Positions 21,990 to 34,820 of a stretch of 64,000 bases of DNA are shown here, piece by piece. The translations under genes were made by a program, and so were the position numbers. Origin of the DNA: Camelus dromedarius (taxonomy: Eukaryota); assembly GCF_036321535.1 (NCBI RefSeq), contig NC_087437.1:6696001-6760000 (forward strand), read 5' to 3'. The notes beneath the pieces were generated by a model. That model was given only the letters and a program-made list of their open reading frames with translations. It did no database searches and was not told the origin of the DNA. Within the stretch, counting starts at the first letter, position 1; each line of letters starts with the position of its first letter.

Positions 21990-23450
21990 AAGGAATCCCG
22001 CTAAAACTCATTTAATACCATGTTCTCTCTGGGCTTAAGTACCAGCCCCTTCTTTTTTTCTTTCTGTTTGGCTTTTAGTCCTTGCAAATCTCTCTCTATC
22101 CTGCTACCTTGGAATGGAGGACATTCTCAGTGAATTCCCTTTACATTTTCTTTTTTCTTTCTTTTTCTTTTTCTTTTCTTTTCTTTTCTTTTCTTTTCTT
22201 TTCTTTTCTTTTCTTTTCTTTTCTTTTCTTTTCTTTTCTTTTCTTTTCTTTTCTTTTCTTTTCTTTTCTTTTCTTTCTTTTTTTTTTTTTTTACAGAGGA
22301 AAGTGCAACAACTATGTTTCTAACCTTTGTAAATAATTAAGGTCCTTGAGTCCTTGTATCATTCTGGTTGCCCTCTGCTGTACCTTCTTGATTTCAATAA
22401 TATTCTTCTCATATTAATGCGATCCATCTTGTAGGGCTGCTCTCGCTGCATTCCAAGTGGGGACGCATCCAGCACCTTCCATCAGAACGCCGTAATGGTC
22501 AGTGACATGCATTCTGTGGCTGTGCAGCCCCGGGTTCTCTTTCTTATTCTTCAGTGACTGGAATTCGCCCCTCCTGCTTTTTCTTCCTGCACTATCTTTA
22601 CTATCAAGTGACCCAAACTTCAGAGTGCTCTCCATCTCCTTTCTATTTGTCACCTGCAAAAGGCAACTACACCCACAGAGGAACCATGCCTGCTGAAGAT
22701 ACAAATAGGCTCAAGAAGCGTTTGGAGACATGCAGACATGAGAGAGCCCCCAATATACTTAGGAAGGGGAGAAGAAGGTCAATTGCCATGTTTAAGGAAG
22801 GCCACGGCCATATTGGCGCCACTGCTGGAAATGAGCACAGCCCCCAGTGGACCCATGCTGTGAACTGCTGACGTATTCCCTGTGCCCTTCTCGGACTCAT
22901 CTTGAGTTTTCCAGTTCTTCCCTACGTCTCTACTGTGCCCAGCTTCCAGTTTACCTCTTGGATTTCCAGAACATTCTTCTTCCTCAACTCCAACACCCTA
23001 TCTCTATCCACTCCAAATTATTCTAAAAATTAATCTGCAGCTAAATTCTGAGTAGAGACGTGTCCAGCCCCTCAAGCTGTCAAATTAATTTCTCTTGCCT
23101 GACACTGGGCTCAAGGTATTCAGGGACGTAACCCTCCAGTGGCTCTTCATTGCTGTAATCAAATCAGTCTTCCTCTGATGGTGTTGAAGGCCTCCAGCTA
23201 CTTGAACTGGATTTTCCTGTTTGAAGGGATCTTATGCCATTTCTTTACCTTCTTGTCACCCACTTCTGCTAGATTTGGCCCTCCTACACGCATTTTTTCC
23301 CTCTCTTCCTTCCCAGTAATCTCAAATTTATGTTTTGAAATCTTCCAAACATGTTCCAAATCTCATTTCTCCATTTCTTTCAACTCCTGGTTAAAGTTCA
23401 ACTTCTAAAAATTGTTCTTAAATAACTTCACCAAATCACCAACCATTATA
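21990..23450 (-). mobile_element. Ancient CR1/L3 LINE ORF2 (reverse transcriptase) remnant
   Basis: Minus-strand translation gives FAGD (degenerate FADD, ~22650-22660), RPHLEC (~22447-22465) and YEKNIIEIKKVQQRATRMIQGLKDLNYLQRLE (~22318-22413), matching CR1 '[38 protein letters not shown]'; outer boundaries approximate. Confidence 0.8.
22146..22292. repeat. (TTTTC)n microsatellite plus poly-T
   Basis: Directly visible, pure pyrimidine tract. Confidence 0.97.
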
Positions 23451-23792
23451 CCAGTCCTGTGCTTCTCTCAAATATATTCATCTCATAATGGTGGCAGGTA
23501 AATATTTTGTTGAAAGCCATGCCTCCATGTTGGAAATAGTTGTAGTCGATTTAGATGTGCACATTCATTCCCAAAGTGCCAAAGCAGCTGGGAATTTGGG
23601 GCCGTTTTATCCACTATGGTTAGCTAATCTGCATAGTTGATCTCAAAAACTAGACAAATTGTAATAATTTGAAATAACTTGGTTAGTGTATCACTGATTT
23701 TTTTTTTTTGGCAAATCTAAAACTACTAGAAGTATCTGCATAGCAACAACTTAAAATTTTCTCCAGTAATTCCTACAGAATATTGTGGATGT

Positions 23793-23813
23793 TGTGTGTG
23801 TGTGTGTGTGTGT
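23793..23813. repeat. (TG)n microsatellite
   Basis: Directly visible. Confidence 0.9.
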
Positions 23814-24609
23814 ACTGAGAGAAGGGATTGGGGTATCTTAATGAGCCAGGCAAGACTTTTAAGAATACACGTGTTTGAGACACCCAAGTTGTCCTTTGAT
23901 GAACCTTCCTGATTTCAATGATCTTTGACCATCATTGATGATGGTCATTTTATGGGATTTCTTATGGCGCCCCAAATGGAGCTGTTCCTCCAGCAACCTC
24001 CATCATCACACTCCTTGGATTGCACTTCATGGCTGCCCCATCATGACTCAAAAGGAAAAAAATGAAACAACATTTCAATGCTATTTTATACATCCCCTCT
24101 CCTCCCTTACTCCCTACCTTTGTGGAAGAAAGTAGAGTATTTTCACACCCGGTGATGTTTGTGAGAAAGCTCTCACCCCTTACCAGTGATAATGAAAGTG
24201 GTTCCAGCAGTTCAAACGGCATGTCGCCAATACACGTCTACAGCCTGTATTTCCACGTGTAGAAACCTGTTAACCGGCAACCAGAAATATTATAAAAAAT
24301 GTATATGCAATGATGTTGGAGTGTATATAAATGGTTGGACTATGGCTATATTGTTTGTGGGATATAGTATAATCTTTCTCTGTTTCTTTTATGCACCATT
24401 TGAGAGAACTGTGTCCAGAAAGCAGAAGTTCTCATAATGGCATGCCAGGCAGAGACAGGATCTCCTGACTTCTTAGAAATTAGAAAAATTGCCATCTAAA
24501 AATCCCAAACAGTTTTTGCCTTGGAAGATGGAAAAATCCAAATTTGCTTTTGGGAATTATCCAGTTGTTGACCAAATTAACAATATGTTGGTGTCCTCCA
24601 TACCGATCA

Positions 24610-24730
24610 TGGATTCTTTAGCTACGGATTTTGCTTTCATGAGCAAATAATAATCCTCTCTGTAGTTGAAGCCACTGTTATATCCAGTTTCTGTTGTTAG
24701 CAGCTACAAGTAATTCTTAAGTGATGCACA
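24610..24730 (+). mobile_element. MaLR (MLT1K/L-like) 3' end
   Basis: ATGAGCAAATAATAATCCTC..TTGAAGCCACTG..TTTCTGTTGTTAGCAGC. Confidence 0.5.
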
Positions 24731-25404
24731 AAACCTATATGGCAGATTTTGAAACATCCAAGTTATAATTTATAAACATACTGAACTTATTTTTTATTTT
24801 GCTCAGGAATGTGCTATGGCTTTGTGTGTCATGTTTAAGATAAGCAGTAACAATAGCAATAAATATCAGTATAGAAATGTGTAGTTCTATACTAATATAT
24901 ATGAGTAGAAAAAGTTAAAGCTTATCCTCAGATCTGACTTTATTGGCTCATTGCAAGCAGCTTTGGTAAGAGTTTAATATAAAGGAAATCTGCAGAATTA
25001 CTTGGGGTTCTACCTTTGGATCTGGCAGTACCTCATCTTATGACCTCAGGTGAAGAGGGTAGAGACAAACAGTCCCATTTTTACAGAGGAGGAAACTGGA
25101 GTATGACGAAGTTAGGTGGCTTTCCCAATGTCCTTAGATTTGCTGACCTCGAAGATCTATTCCAGCTTTAACCTTCTACCTGCTACTGTGTTTCTGACCT
25201 TTGTCTAGTTAAACAAACTGGGGAAGGCAGGTGAGTGGGACTGTATTGCCAAGTTCACTGTTCTGTAGGGGCTGGTGATTAGCAGTGAGATACCTCCTGG
25301 AAATGATTTCCAGGAGGAAATTCCACCACTGCTCCAAAGGGAGCCACCCTTCCAGGTGGTGTCTCAGAGAGCCCTTCACAGCTGGAGCAGGATGGATAAA
25401 AGCA

Positions 25405-25590
25405 GTGTCCCTCTGGAGTCAGATTCTCTGCTCTTCAGCCTGGCTCCCCCACTTCCTAGATGCCTAGACTTAAGCTAGTTGTTTGCCCTCTCTGTGCCTC
25501 AATCTTGTCATCTGTGAAATGGCGGTAATAACAGAATCTACTTCGTAGGAGCATTTTGAGGATTAAATGAGATGGTACTTATAAACAAAA
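25405..25590 (+). mobile_element. MIR SINE
   Basis: CTCTGGAGTCAGA..CCTCTCTGTGCCTCAATCTTGTCATCTGTGAAATGGCGGTAATAACAG..TGAGGATTAAATGAGAT. Confidence 0.85.
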
Positions 25591-26222
25591 TACACACTCA
25601 AGGTATATTAGCTTTGATCTTAACATAGCTATTAAAATGCAAGCTCCTGTGTTTTTCCCAATACTTTGGAATACTTACGGTTTTGGGGAGATTTATAGTA
25701 CAGACATCTGCTCATGGGAAAAATAATTAGACCCTCACTGTAAATAACTTCATAGTGTCTTGCTGGCCTTTACCACGTTGTCTTTTACAGCACATTCAGG
25801 CCTGGCCTCAATAACCTCAATAGGAAAAATGGATGTAAACAGAAGACATATTAATATGTTATGATTTACTTGATGAACACCATTTTGCCTTTTTAATAAA
25901 AGATTCCTATAAGATCCATTTGAATAAAAAAATTCCTGTGGTGCCTTTACATTATAATGTATACTTTATACATCATATTACAGCAATGTTTATTGTACAA
26001 GAAAGAAAGCTCTTTTTTATTGGGTTCCCCCTCCAGACTTGTGTCTTGAGGGAGCTGAACATAGCTGTCATTGTTCATCAGCAAAGCTTTCGGGCTTCAG
26101 TTGATTGGACATTTCACCTGAAAGCATGAACTTGGAGAGGACGTCAAGACTTAGACTTGTAGAGCTGTCAGCCCTAGAAGGGAGCATGGCATCTGTGATG
26201 CTTGGATGCCCGGACACGGATG

Positions 26223-26779
26223 TGTTAGAGCAGGAAGGAAGCTAGGTATGAACAGAGAAGGCGGGGCTCAGGCCAAATGGCAGGACACCACACATCTTGT
26301 GAGCAGCAGGGGTCCTTGGGCAGACCAAGAAAAGCAGGAACCTCTGGACTGGTAAGAAACCATACATTCTGGGTTGACAAGTGTCCTGGAGGCCGACAAA
26401 GAAAGGTGGGACAAGAAAACAGTCTCCATCATCCTAATGTAAACTTTCGCTCATTATGACCTCTATCTGACTTCCTGATCAAGATTAAATAAGGACAGAA
26501 CATCTCTCCTCCCTACCACCCTCAACCCTGGGACGGTGGAGCTGGGATGAAGAACGACTCCACACCCCTCCCTGCCAATGAGTATTCTGCCCATTCATTT
26601 TTACACCCATGTAACAACCTTGCCAAAGAAACTGGGACAGCTAGCACCTGGGTCTGCCTGCTCTTTTCTTGAGAACATACTATCCATCCCTTAATAAATC
26701 CTTGCTTTGCTTTCTTGATCTCTATGTCTCATTTCTGAATTCTTTCTGCGATGAGACAAGGACCTGCTTACCGACAACA
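26223..26779 (+). mobile_element. ERV solo LTR (ERV1-class by TSD length), 557 bp
   Basis: TGTT...AACA termini; perfect 4-bp TSD GATG (26219-26222 and 26780-26783); AATAAA at 26693-26698; U5-like TCTGAATTCTTTCTGCGATGAGACAAGGACC. Confidence 0.85.
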
Positions 26780-29700
26780 GATGGGGTCCAGCCCGGGACA
26801 AAATTTCCACTGGTCCGTGGTTTAATGAGAAAATAAGGGTAATGTAATGAGATTTCCCTGAAACTAATTTCTTCAAATTAAAAGGCTGTTCTTTATTTGG
26901 TATTACAGCTTATTGAGCGGTTTAGATTTTCCCATCTTCTATGGAATGTTGGCTATAAATATGACTATCTTTTCTAGCCCTTACTGGATAAAACAAAAAG
27001 TTGGTACTTTTATGTTGGACCTTACATTAATGTTTCAACTCATATGTAAAGTCCAGGAAAAACTAAAATACAATCCTGAATTTAAAAGGCAGCTCAAGGA
27101 TCAGAGAAAACAAGTCACCTGAACAGGAATACACAGCTAGTGTCGAAGCTGGCATCGAACCCTGCACTTCAGATGCCTTCAGCCACTGAAGATGCTTTCT
27201 CGGTAGCACTGTCTCCTGCTCTTCCCTCCCGACAGCCTGCCTTTTCTCAGTCATCTCAGTCCGATAAGATCTGTATTCACGTCCTATTGCTGAATACGTG
27301 CTCCCAGTGTATAACAGAGTTTTCTTTTCCATAACTGTACCGTTTTTGTTCCTTTTAGAAAAGTGAACTTGTTGACTTAGTACTTAATTGGGTTGCTGGG
27401 ACTAAGTGGTTATTTATTCATTTATTATAATAAAAAGATCCATTAAAACTTGTTTTTCCTTATGAATTACACAGAGTTTGGCTTTTTTTTTTTTTTCCTT
27501 CGAAACAATGCCTCCCGCAGAGGCTCTGTGGAGGGGCTGGAGGGCAACCTTTCAGCCTGAGGGAAGGTATACGTTATCACAGGAGATGTTGATAGACATG
27601 TGAAGGTGTTTGGCATCCTTTGTTTCTCAAAACACAGCCCACCCTTGTCCTTTTTGTTTGAAAAGTAGACAGCCAAGGAGACTGAAAATTATAGCAAAAC
27701 TGTGTTTCTTGCATCTTCGTGAAGCGCAGACTCTCAGCCTCTGCTGCTGCGTGGGGTTCAGCACAGAGCATGCCGGCAGCTGGGCAGTTGTCTAGGCTGC
27801 TTTCATTCATTCTTAAAAAAAAAAAAACAAACCAAATTGGAAACACATCTGAGAGTGAATCTTGAATGGAGAAGTTAGAGGAGGAAAATATTCCTGTGAT
27901 CGTGTTGGGGGAAAAACCCACCACCAACCCGGTCACAAGCAAAAGATGAGGGGCCTCCCAAAGCTCCCTGTGTGCTTGTGTCTGGCTGAAGCTGATTACC
28001 GGACCCGACGGGGCGGGCTTGCCGGGCTCCCTGCAGTGCCTCCCCGGCCACCGGGCCACATGAGGTCAGTGGTCCAGCTCAAGTTCGTGAGAGAGCTCAC
28101 TGCTCTTCCACGGTGTTTTTGTTTTCATTTTTTAATTTCTTCTATTCATCTTCTCTGGTTTTGATTTTCCTCTTTGTTCCTTTTCAGGATGAAAAAAATT
28201 CTTTTCAAAGGGCATCCTTCAATTCCTGATAGTCGCTTGTGCAATTATAAAGTTGTTTTTCTTTTTAAATTTTAACTTCTATGTCCATTAGGTGTTCATT
28301 GCCTTCTAATTTACATGCTCCTGTTTCTTATTACTGTTCTCTATGTGAGATTATGTATGTAGACATAAATGGTCAATATTGTGTGTGTATGTATATACAT
28401 AAATAGATGCCTTACATATATTTATTGCTATGCTTTTTGTGTATGTACGTATATATATATGTACACATAAAGCATGGGAATAAAAATATAGGGAGAAATC
28501 ATATGAAATATATCTACTCATATATTTGAAATCCCTTATCCCCACTTATAGGAAAAGCCTGAGTAAACTTTCTGAAATCAAGACATTTATAAATAGAGAG
28601 ATAGATAAAATATAGACTTAATTAACAAGCCAAAAAAGGAGAGAAAACGCCCTGTGGAAAGTCATACATAATAAACCCAAGAAGCAGAACAGCGTCGTTT
28701 GCACAGCCTGCTGTTACCATCATCTATTTCTACATCCTCTGTGCTTTCTGAGCTGATGTCACCAAGCTCACGGGCGGAAAGTAATTAGCACCTTTCCTGG
28801 ATATAGCAAATTGTCCTGGTCTAGTGTAGCTAATGAATGATGGAGAACTAAACCTCCTGTAAACTGTAAACTTCAAAAATATACCTATATATCTATATAT
28901 CTCCCAGTTGTGGGCAGTCCTATTGGAATATGATTTCTTTTTCCTTTGTCTCCCTTTTTTTTTCTAATTTGAAAAATGCCTCTGTTATTACCTGTGGTGG
29001 GCGCTGAACACCCGCACACTCTTTGGTGGCTTGCCCTGCACATTTCAATCCCATTTGCTACAGCAGCAGGATGGCTTGGAGGTGACAGTCCCCTCTGTAA
29101 CAAACCCCTAGAGGACAGTGAGAGTGGCGCCCAGGCAGGAAAACCTCAAACCAACAACAACAACCAAAAGCAGAGCAAGATTCCTTCCCCGCTTATTTTT
29201 CTTCCAAGAGAGATAAAAGCGATGAGAATAGGTTGATATTTGACGAATTGGTTCTATTCAGAGGAGTGCTATCATTTTAATGTCCTCTTTTTTTTTTTTT
29301 TTTTTTTGAAAACGCACCCACAGTCTCTGAATTCCCATTAATGCAAAGTTCAGATGAAGCTGATGAAAAGCATCTGCCATCTTGATCGTTGCCATGGCAG
29401 ATGGCGCCAGCCTTGCCGCTTTTATCAGTATCAGTATCAGCACACACTTTTGTGTTCCAAGCTGAGATAAAAATCATTGAAGCCGTACCTGGAAGAGGCA
29501 GTGCCATGCCGCGGGCCCCGCTGCTCTGCATCTTGCCTGCATCAAAGCCATGCACGACACATTCTTGTGGTTCATTTGTTCATCGGAGCCGATGGGATTT
29601 TGCACACTTGGAGGATGAGGGGGTTTTTCTTAAAAAAAAAAACTGCGCTATCCTTGGCCACTTCTCCTGGCCACATGTCTTCATGGAGACTATTTTGCAA

Positions 29701-30984
29701 ACGTGGAGGATGAGGGGTAGCGTGTCAGCCGTGAGCATCTATGCTCACCCTGCTGGTCTTCTGGGAAGTCATGCAGGGACATTCACTGTCAACCTTGGGA
29801 GCCGAAGAACAGTGTGAAAAAGAAGGACCCTCTGAGTACTTTGAGCTCAGGAAGGATGCTTCCTTTCAGCAGTGTGCTGTGATGCTCACCTCTCCCTCCA
29901 TCTCTCCCTGTCGCAGCTGCCGCTGCAAAGTACCCGTGTTGGTGACGGAGCACTGAAACCCTGCACCGTCTCCCCACTCCTGGCTCCCATCCAAGCTCTG
30001 CAGCCTCTGTGTGATAGACAGCTCAGTAGGCCCTTGTCGATTCCAAATGTCCCAAAGGTGTGACTTCCGAAAGTGAAAGCCTTTCCACCAGCTCTTCCTT
30101 GTACATTTCCAAACAAACTGTCAGACTCCGCCACCTCTTGCCAGAATCCCCCACCTCTTGCTTCTCCCTCTTTAGTTATACGTGCTGTTATTTTTGGCAG
30201 CATTGTTGTCTGATAAGTGGGGGGTCCTGAGATCTTAAGATATTAGGCAAGTGTCAGCTCCACTATATAATGAGTGTGTGACTTGGGGACCCCTGATGAC
30301 AGAGATGACTCGGGGACACCTCCCTAACGTCTCTATGTCTTGTTTTCCACATTCCTGAGGAGCAGATTATACTCGCATCCATCTCACAGATTAACCCTGA
30401 AGACTGAATAAGATCATGTGTGTCAAGCAGGGGGATATAAATGCTCAATAAACGCTGGTGATCAGTATGAAATTATTTCCACCACTTCCCTATTTCTTAG
30501 CACTGAGATAGCTTTAAGAGGGATACGTGTCATTAAAACCTACCTCGCCAGTGGCATATACCTGGGTGGGGCACTGGGTTACTATTTCCCAAAATTCTAA
30601 GCATTTACAGCTATGGTCTCAGCCCAGCTCCAAGTAAGGTACCAAGCCTGCTTTCTGACTTCCTCTGCTGCCTGGTGGACATCATATAACCCGGTTCTTA
30701 CTTCAGGCTCTGGGTTGGATGGGTGAAGGTCAATAATTCATTCACGTCTACTAATTTATTCTAGAACTGTGTGGTTTACAAACAGCTGTCACAGGAAGGC
30801 AGGGAGGGACATCACTGCTACTGAAACACTGATTCTCCACCTGGTGCAATGCCCGTGCGTACTTATTCCAGGCTATGTCACTGTCCCAGAAGAGGGGCGC
30901 AAAAGAAAATGTACACTTTCAAGTCATGTTCAATAACTAATATAATCTTACATTTGGAAATGGAATGATACATAGTCTTTCTTC

Positions 30985-31872
30985 ATTTTTTTAATGAGGT
31001 ATAATTCGAATACAGTAAAATGTACTTTTTAGTATATATTTCTGCAAGATCTGACCAAAATATAGCTATATAGCAATCTTAGTAATAAAAGTCTAGATTA
31101 GTTTTATCATTCTAAAAAAATTCCCCATGTGTGACCTTTTTGCAGACAACCTGAACCCCACTCATCCCTTGGCAACCGCTGATCTATTTTCTGTCTCTAT
31201 TGTTTTGTCTTTTTAAAAGTGTCATATAAATGTTATAATATGATACGTAGACTTTTGGGTCTGGCTATCATCATTTACCTTAATGTGTTTGAGATTCATC
31301 CATGCCATGTGTATACCAGTAGTTTATTCCTCGTTGTTAAATGCATACAGATGTATCACACTTTTTATGCACTACACAGTTGAGAGACATTTGGGTTGTT
31401 TCCAGTTTTAAGCAGTTATGAATCAGAGGCTCCAAACATTCATGAACAGGTTTTTGTGTGGACATAAATTTTTATTTTACTTGGGTAAATGCTTAGGAAT
31501 GTGATTTCTGGGTCATATAGTAAGTGTATGTTTCCCTTTATAAGAAATGGCCAAATGCTTTTCCAAATGGTTGTACCATTTTGCATTCCCACCATCAGTG
31601 AATGAAAGTTCCAGCAGTTCCACATCCTTGCCAGCACTTGGTATTGTCAGATATTTTTGTGTTTAATTTTAGCCTTTCTAGTAAGTGTACAGTTATTTCT
31701 CATTGTGCTTTTAACTTGTATTTCTCCAGTAAATCATAACTTCAAACATCTTTTCAAGTGTTTGTTTGCCATTTGTACATTTTTTTGGTGAAGTTTCTGT
31801 TCAAATGTTTTGTCCAGTTTTAAAAATCAGGTGATTGTTTTCTTATTATTCAGTTTTAAGAGCTCTCTCTCT

Positions 31873-31916
<44 letters not shown>

Positions 31917-32530
31917 TTTTCTGGATACAAATCCTCAATCAGATATTGCAACTTGCAAATACTTCCTCGAATTCTGTAAGTTATCTTTTAATTCTCTCAA
32001 CAATATCTTTCAAAGAGTAGAACTTTTTAGTTTAAGTTCAGTTTATCAATTGACTTTGATAAAGTCATCTTTTTTCCTTTTATGGATCATGTTTTTGATT
32101 CCATATCTAAGAAATCTTTGCTTTATGGTATACAAGTATTTACTCCTGTGTTACTTCTGGAGTTTTCATAGTTTAAAATTTTACGTTTAGGTCTGTGATC
32201 GATTTTGAGTTGGTTTTTAGATACAATGCAAGGTACAGATCAAGGTTTTGTATTGTTCTGGTTTGTTGTCTCTGTGGGTCCAGGTGTTTTAGCACCAATT
32301 GTTGAAATATTATCCTTTCTCCTTAAAATTATTCACTCTTTTGCTTTTCTTGAATATCAACTGACTTATATATGGGTCTGTTCCTGCACTTTCTGGTCTG
32401 TTTCATTGATCTATATGTCTACAGGTCTACGTAGAATACCACACTGTTTTGATTACTGTAGCTTTATAGGAAGTCTTCAAATCATATAGCATGAGTTCTT
32501 CAACCTTGTTCTTCTTTTTCAAAGTTGAAA
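30985..32530 (-). mobile_element. L1M (L1MB/MC-like) 3' UTR and ORF2 end
   Basis: CCCTTGGCAACCGCTGATCT, GACATTTGGGTTGTTTCCAGTTTT, GGTTGTACCATTTTGCATTCCCACCA, ACCACACTGTTTTGATTACTGTAGCTTTATAG. Confidence 0.9.
31863..31920. repeat. (CT)n-(AT)17-(T)n compound repeat within L1
   Basis: Directly visible; (AT)17 at 31875-31908. Confidence 0.95.
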
Positions 32531-32924
32531 ACTTTGTATTATAGCATAAATACATTTCTTAGTTACTGTATGTCAAGCATCTGCACTTTTAGCTGACACT
32601 GGTGCGTGACACCTTCCTCCCCCTTGGGGATTTTAGAAACACTGCAGGCTAACTATATGTGTATTAAAAAGGTGAGAGAAACTAATCTGAATGCCCAGAG
32701 ACCTGAAAGCCACTTGGCTCTCTAATCAGATGGAATGTATTATTAAGGCTATAGGTACAGTTAGCCTACTTTTTTTTTAAGTTAGTTCATCTTTATCTTT
32801 TTTGTGGATACCTGTCCATAAATTTAATTCAGAAAATTCTAATCCCTTTAGGCTGCTGTATGAAGTTGCAATTATAAACAAAACATGACTATTCTCTCTG
32901 ATTCACCATTCTATAGGACTTACT

Positions 32925-33120
32925 ATTAAAAGCTTGCTTTGTACACAAAGTTCTTTTGTGCAAGTAATTTATAAAGTCTTCACAATCAGCCTTGGAGCAG
33001 GTATTCCTCGCCCCATTCTGCAGATAAGGGATCTTCAGAGAGTTCAAATCACTGACTCATTGTTACTGGCAGAGAGTGTCCGAGTTAAGACTCTACCTAA
33101 GCCTTTATACCAAGTCTTCT
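32925..33120 (-). mobile_element. MIR SINE
   Basis: TCTTCACAATCAGCC..CAGGTATT..CCCCATTCTGCAGATAAGGGATC..CAGAGAGTTCAAATCACT. Confidence 0.65.
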
Positions 33121-33675
33121 GAATCTGTGCCATAGAACATCCTGACTTAGGAAGTTCAGACTGCCCTAGGTCAATGGCATCTGGCCCAGGGCATCCTGAA
33201 TGGCAACATGACCTTGTAAAAACCCCATCACTGTCAAATTCAGCCAGAATCAGATCAATTTATGGGGAGTGTTGGTTTTAATTATTAGCTGTGCTTTAAT
33301 GGCACAGATTCCACTGTGCCATGCTTAAATTCAATCCTCCAGATTTGGTTGATTTAGGGAACAGATAGGGAGAGCTATTTTAAAATGGTGTGAAATCTAA
33401 GAAATTCTCACTCTTACCCCTAAAACTTGCTCCTTCATTGGGCTGAGTCCAGACACCACTGATGCAATTCATTGTTGTTGTTGTGTTAGTAATCAGTGGC
33501 CATCAGCCACCCTGAGTGAGAACTATGAGTTTCAATATTTGACAAAGTTTGGTACCGAAGTTAGACATCAAAAACAGGGTCACACTCACAATCAGTTCCT
33601 GCATTTTACAGAAGAACTTTGACATTTGTTCAGCCCAGAAAGTACTTTAAAAAAAAAGAAAAACTGACTCAACTT

Positions 33676-33775
33676 GTGGCTCTCAAAATGGAGTGGGGAT
33701 CAGCACCAGTGACTGCAGCGTCCCATCACCCGGGAATTAGTTAGAAATGCACATTTTCAGCCCTCCCCCTCAGTT
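33676..33775. mobile_element. MER5A fragment
   Basis: GTGGCTCTCAAAATGG..CATCACCCGGGAATTAGTTAGAAATGCACATTTTCAGCCC. Confidence 0.6.
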
Positions 33776-34719
33776 GATTTCATTTAATATTTTTTTCCCT
33801 TAAGCCAGTGAACAAAATCTCTGAACAAGGGCAGCTTGAGAACGATAAGCACATTAGGTCATCACCAAACTCATTTGTAGATATTAGGCACCATAAATAG
33901 ATGAATGCTAAGAAAACACTGACATTCACCACTGTGGTTCAGGAAGAGCTGGGGAGTGGTTCTAAGATCAATTTGGTAAATTAAGCCACACAATTTTGTT
34001 CAGGATGGACTCAGATTCCAGGTTGATTTATGCTCCTGTGTCTGTGGTGTGAGAAGGGCATGTCTTTTAATAGAGAATGCTCACAGTTGTCTCAAGGTTG
34101 TAAGAGACTCTTACAGTATTTTCTTTTTAGGAGGAAAAAAAAAAATCCAGACACCTTCCTGATGGGAATCAGTTCTTGGAATGAGAAAATGTGTCTTTGG
34201 CTTGTGTTTTCATTTTAGCAAGACTCTAGGTTGATACTTGCAGTTAGAAGATCCAAGAGAATTGAAGAATTATCAGGAATCCTCTTCCTTTGACGTGTCC
34301 GCTGAGACAGCATGCACCATTTTTTTTTTTTCAAGAAGAGAGAGAAGCCAATTCTTTAAATTTATAGGCTCTTAGAGATGGAAGGAACCTTAGAAAACAT
34401 CAAGCACTTTCAAAGGCATTTCATTTGCATTTTGGTTGGGAGAGTATTTCAGGGAGGGAGAGATTCTCCTGGGTTAAAGATATTTAGCACTTCTGGCCTT
34501 TGACACAAAATGCTAAAAGCATCCCTAGTTGCAATTATAACAAACCCATCCCAACATTATTCCCAAGCACCCTCTAAGGTGATGCCTTAGATTGAGAACT
34601 TCCTCCAGCCGCATGGTTCTATCATTGTAGAAACTGAGATCCTGTTGGTTAAAGACGGAACCAGTCCTGGACTCTGACTTTCTGACCCTCAACCCCAGGA
34701 CAATGCAAGTGGCATGAGC

Positions 34720-34820
34720 ACAAGGACTTTTGTCTCTTTTGTTCGCTGCTGAATCCCCAGGGTTTAGTACGGTTTTGGGCACGTAAGAAGCACTCAGCCA
34801 GTATTTGTTGAATGAATGAG
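34720..34820 (+). mobile_element. L2 3' terminus
   Basis: TTTGTTCGCTGCTGAATCCCCAG..GGCACGTAAGAAGCACTCAG..TATTTGTTGAATGAATGA. Confidence 0.8.

Noticed and set aside
22414..22704. 96-aa minus ORF with apparent acceptor TTGCCTTTTGCAG
   Set aside because: Explained by decayed CR1/L3 reverse transcriptase; the 'acceptor' is the FAGD codons
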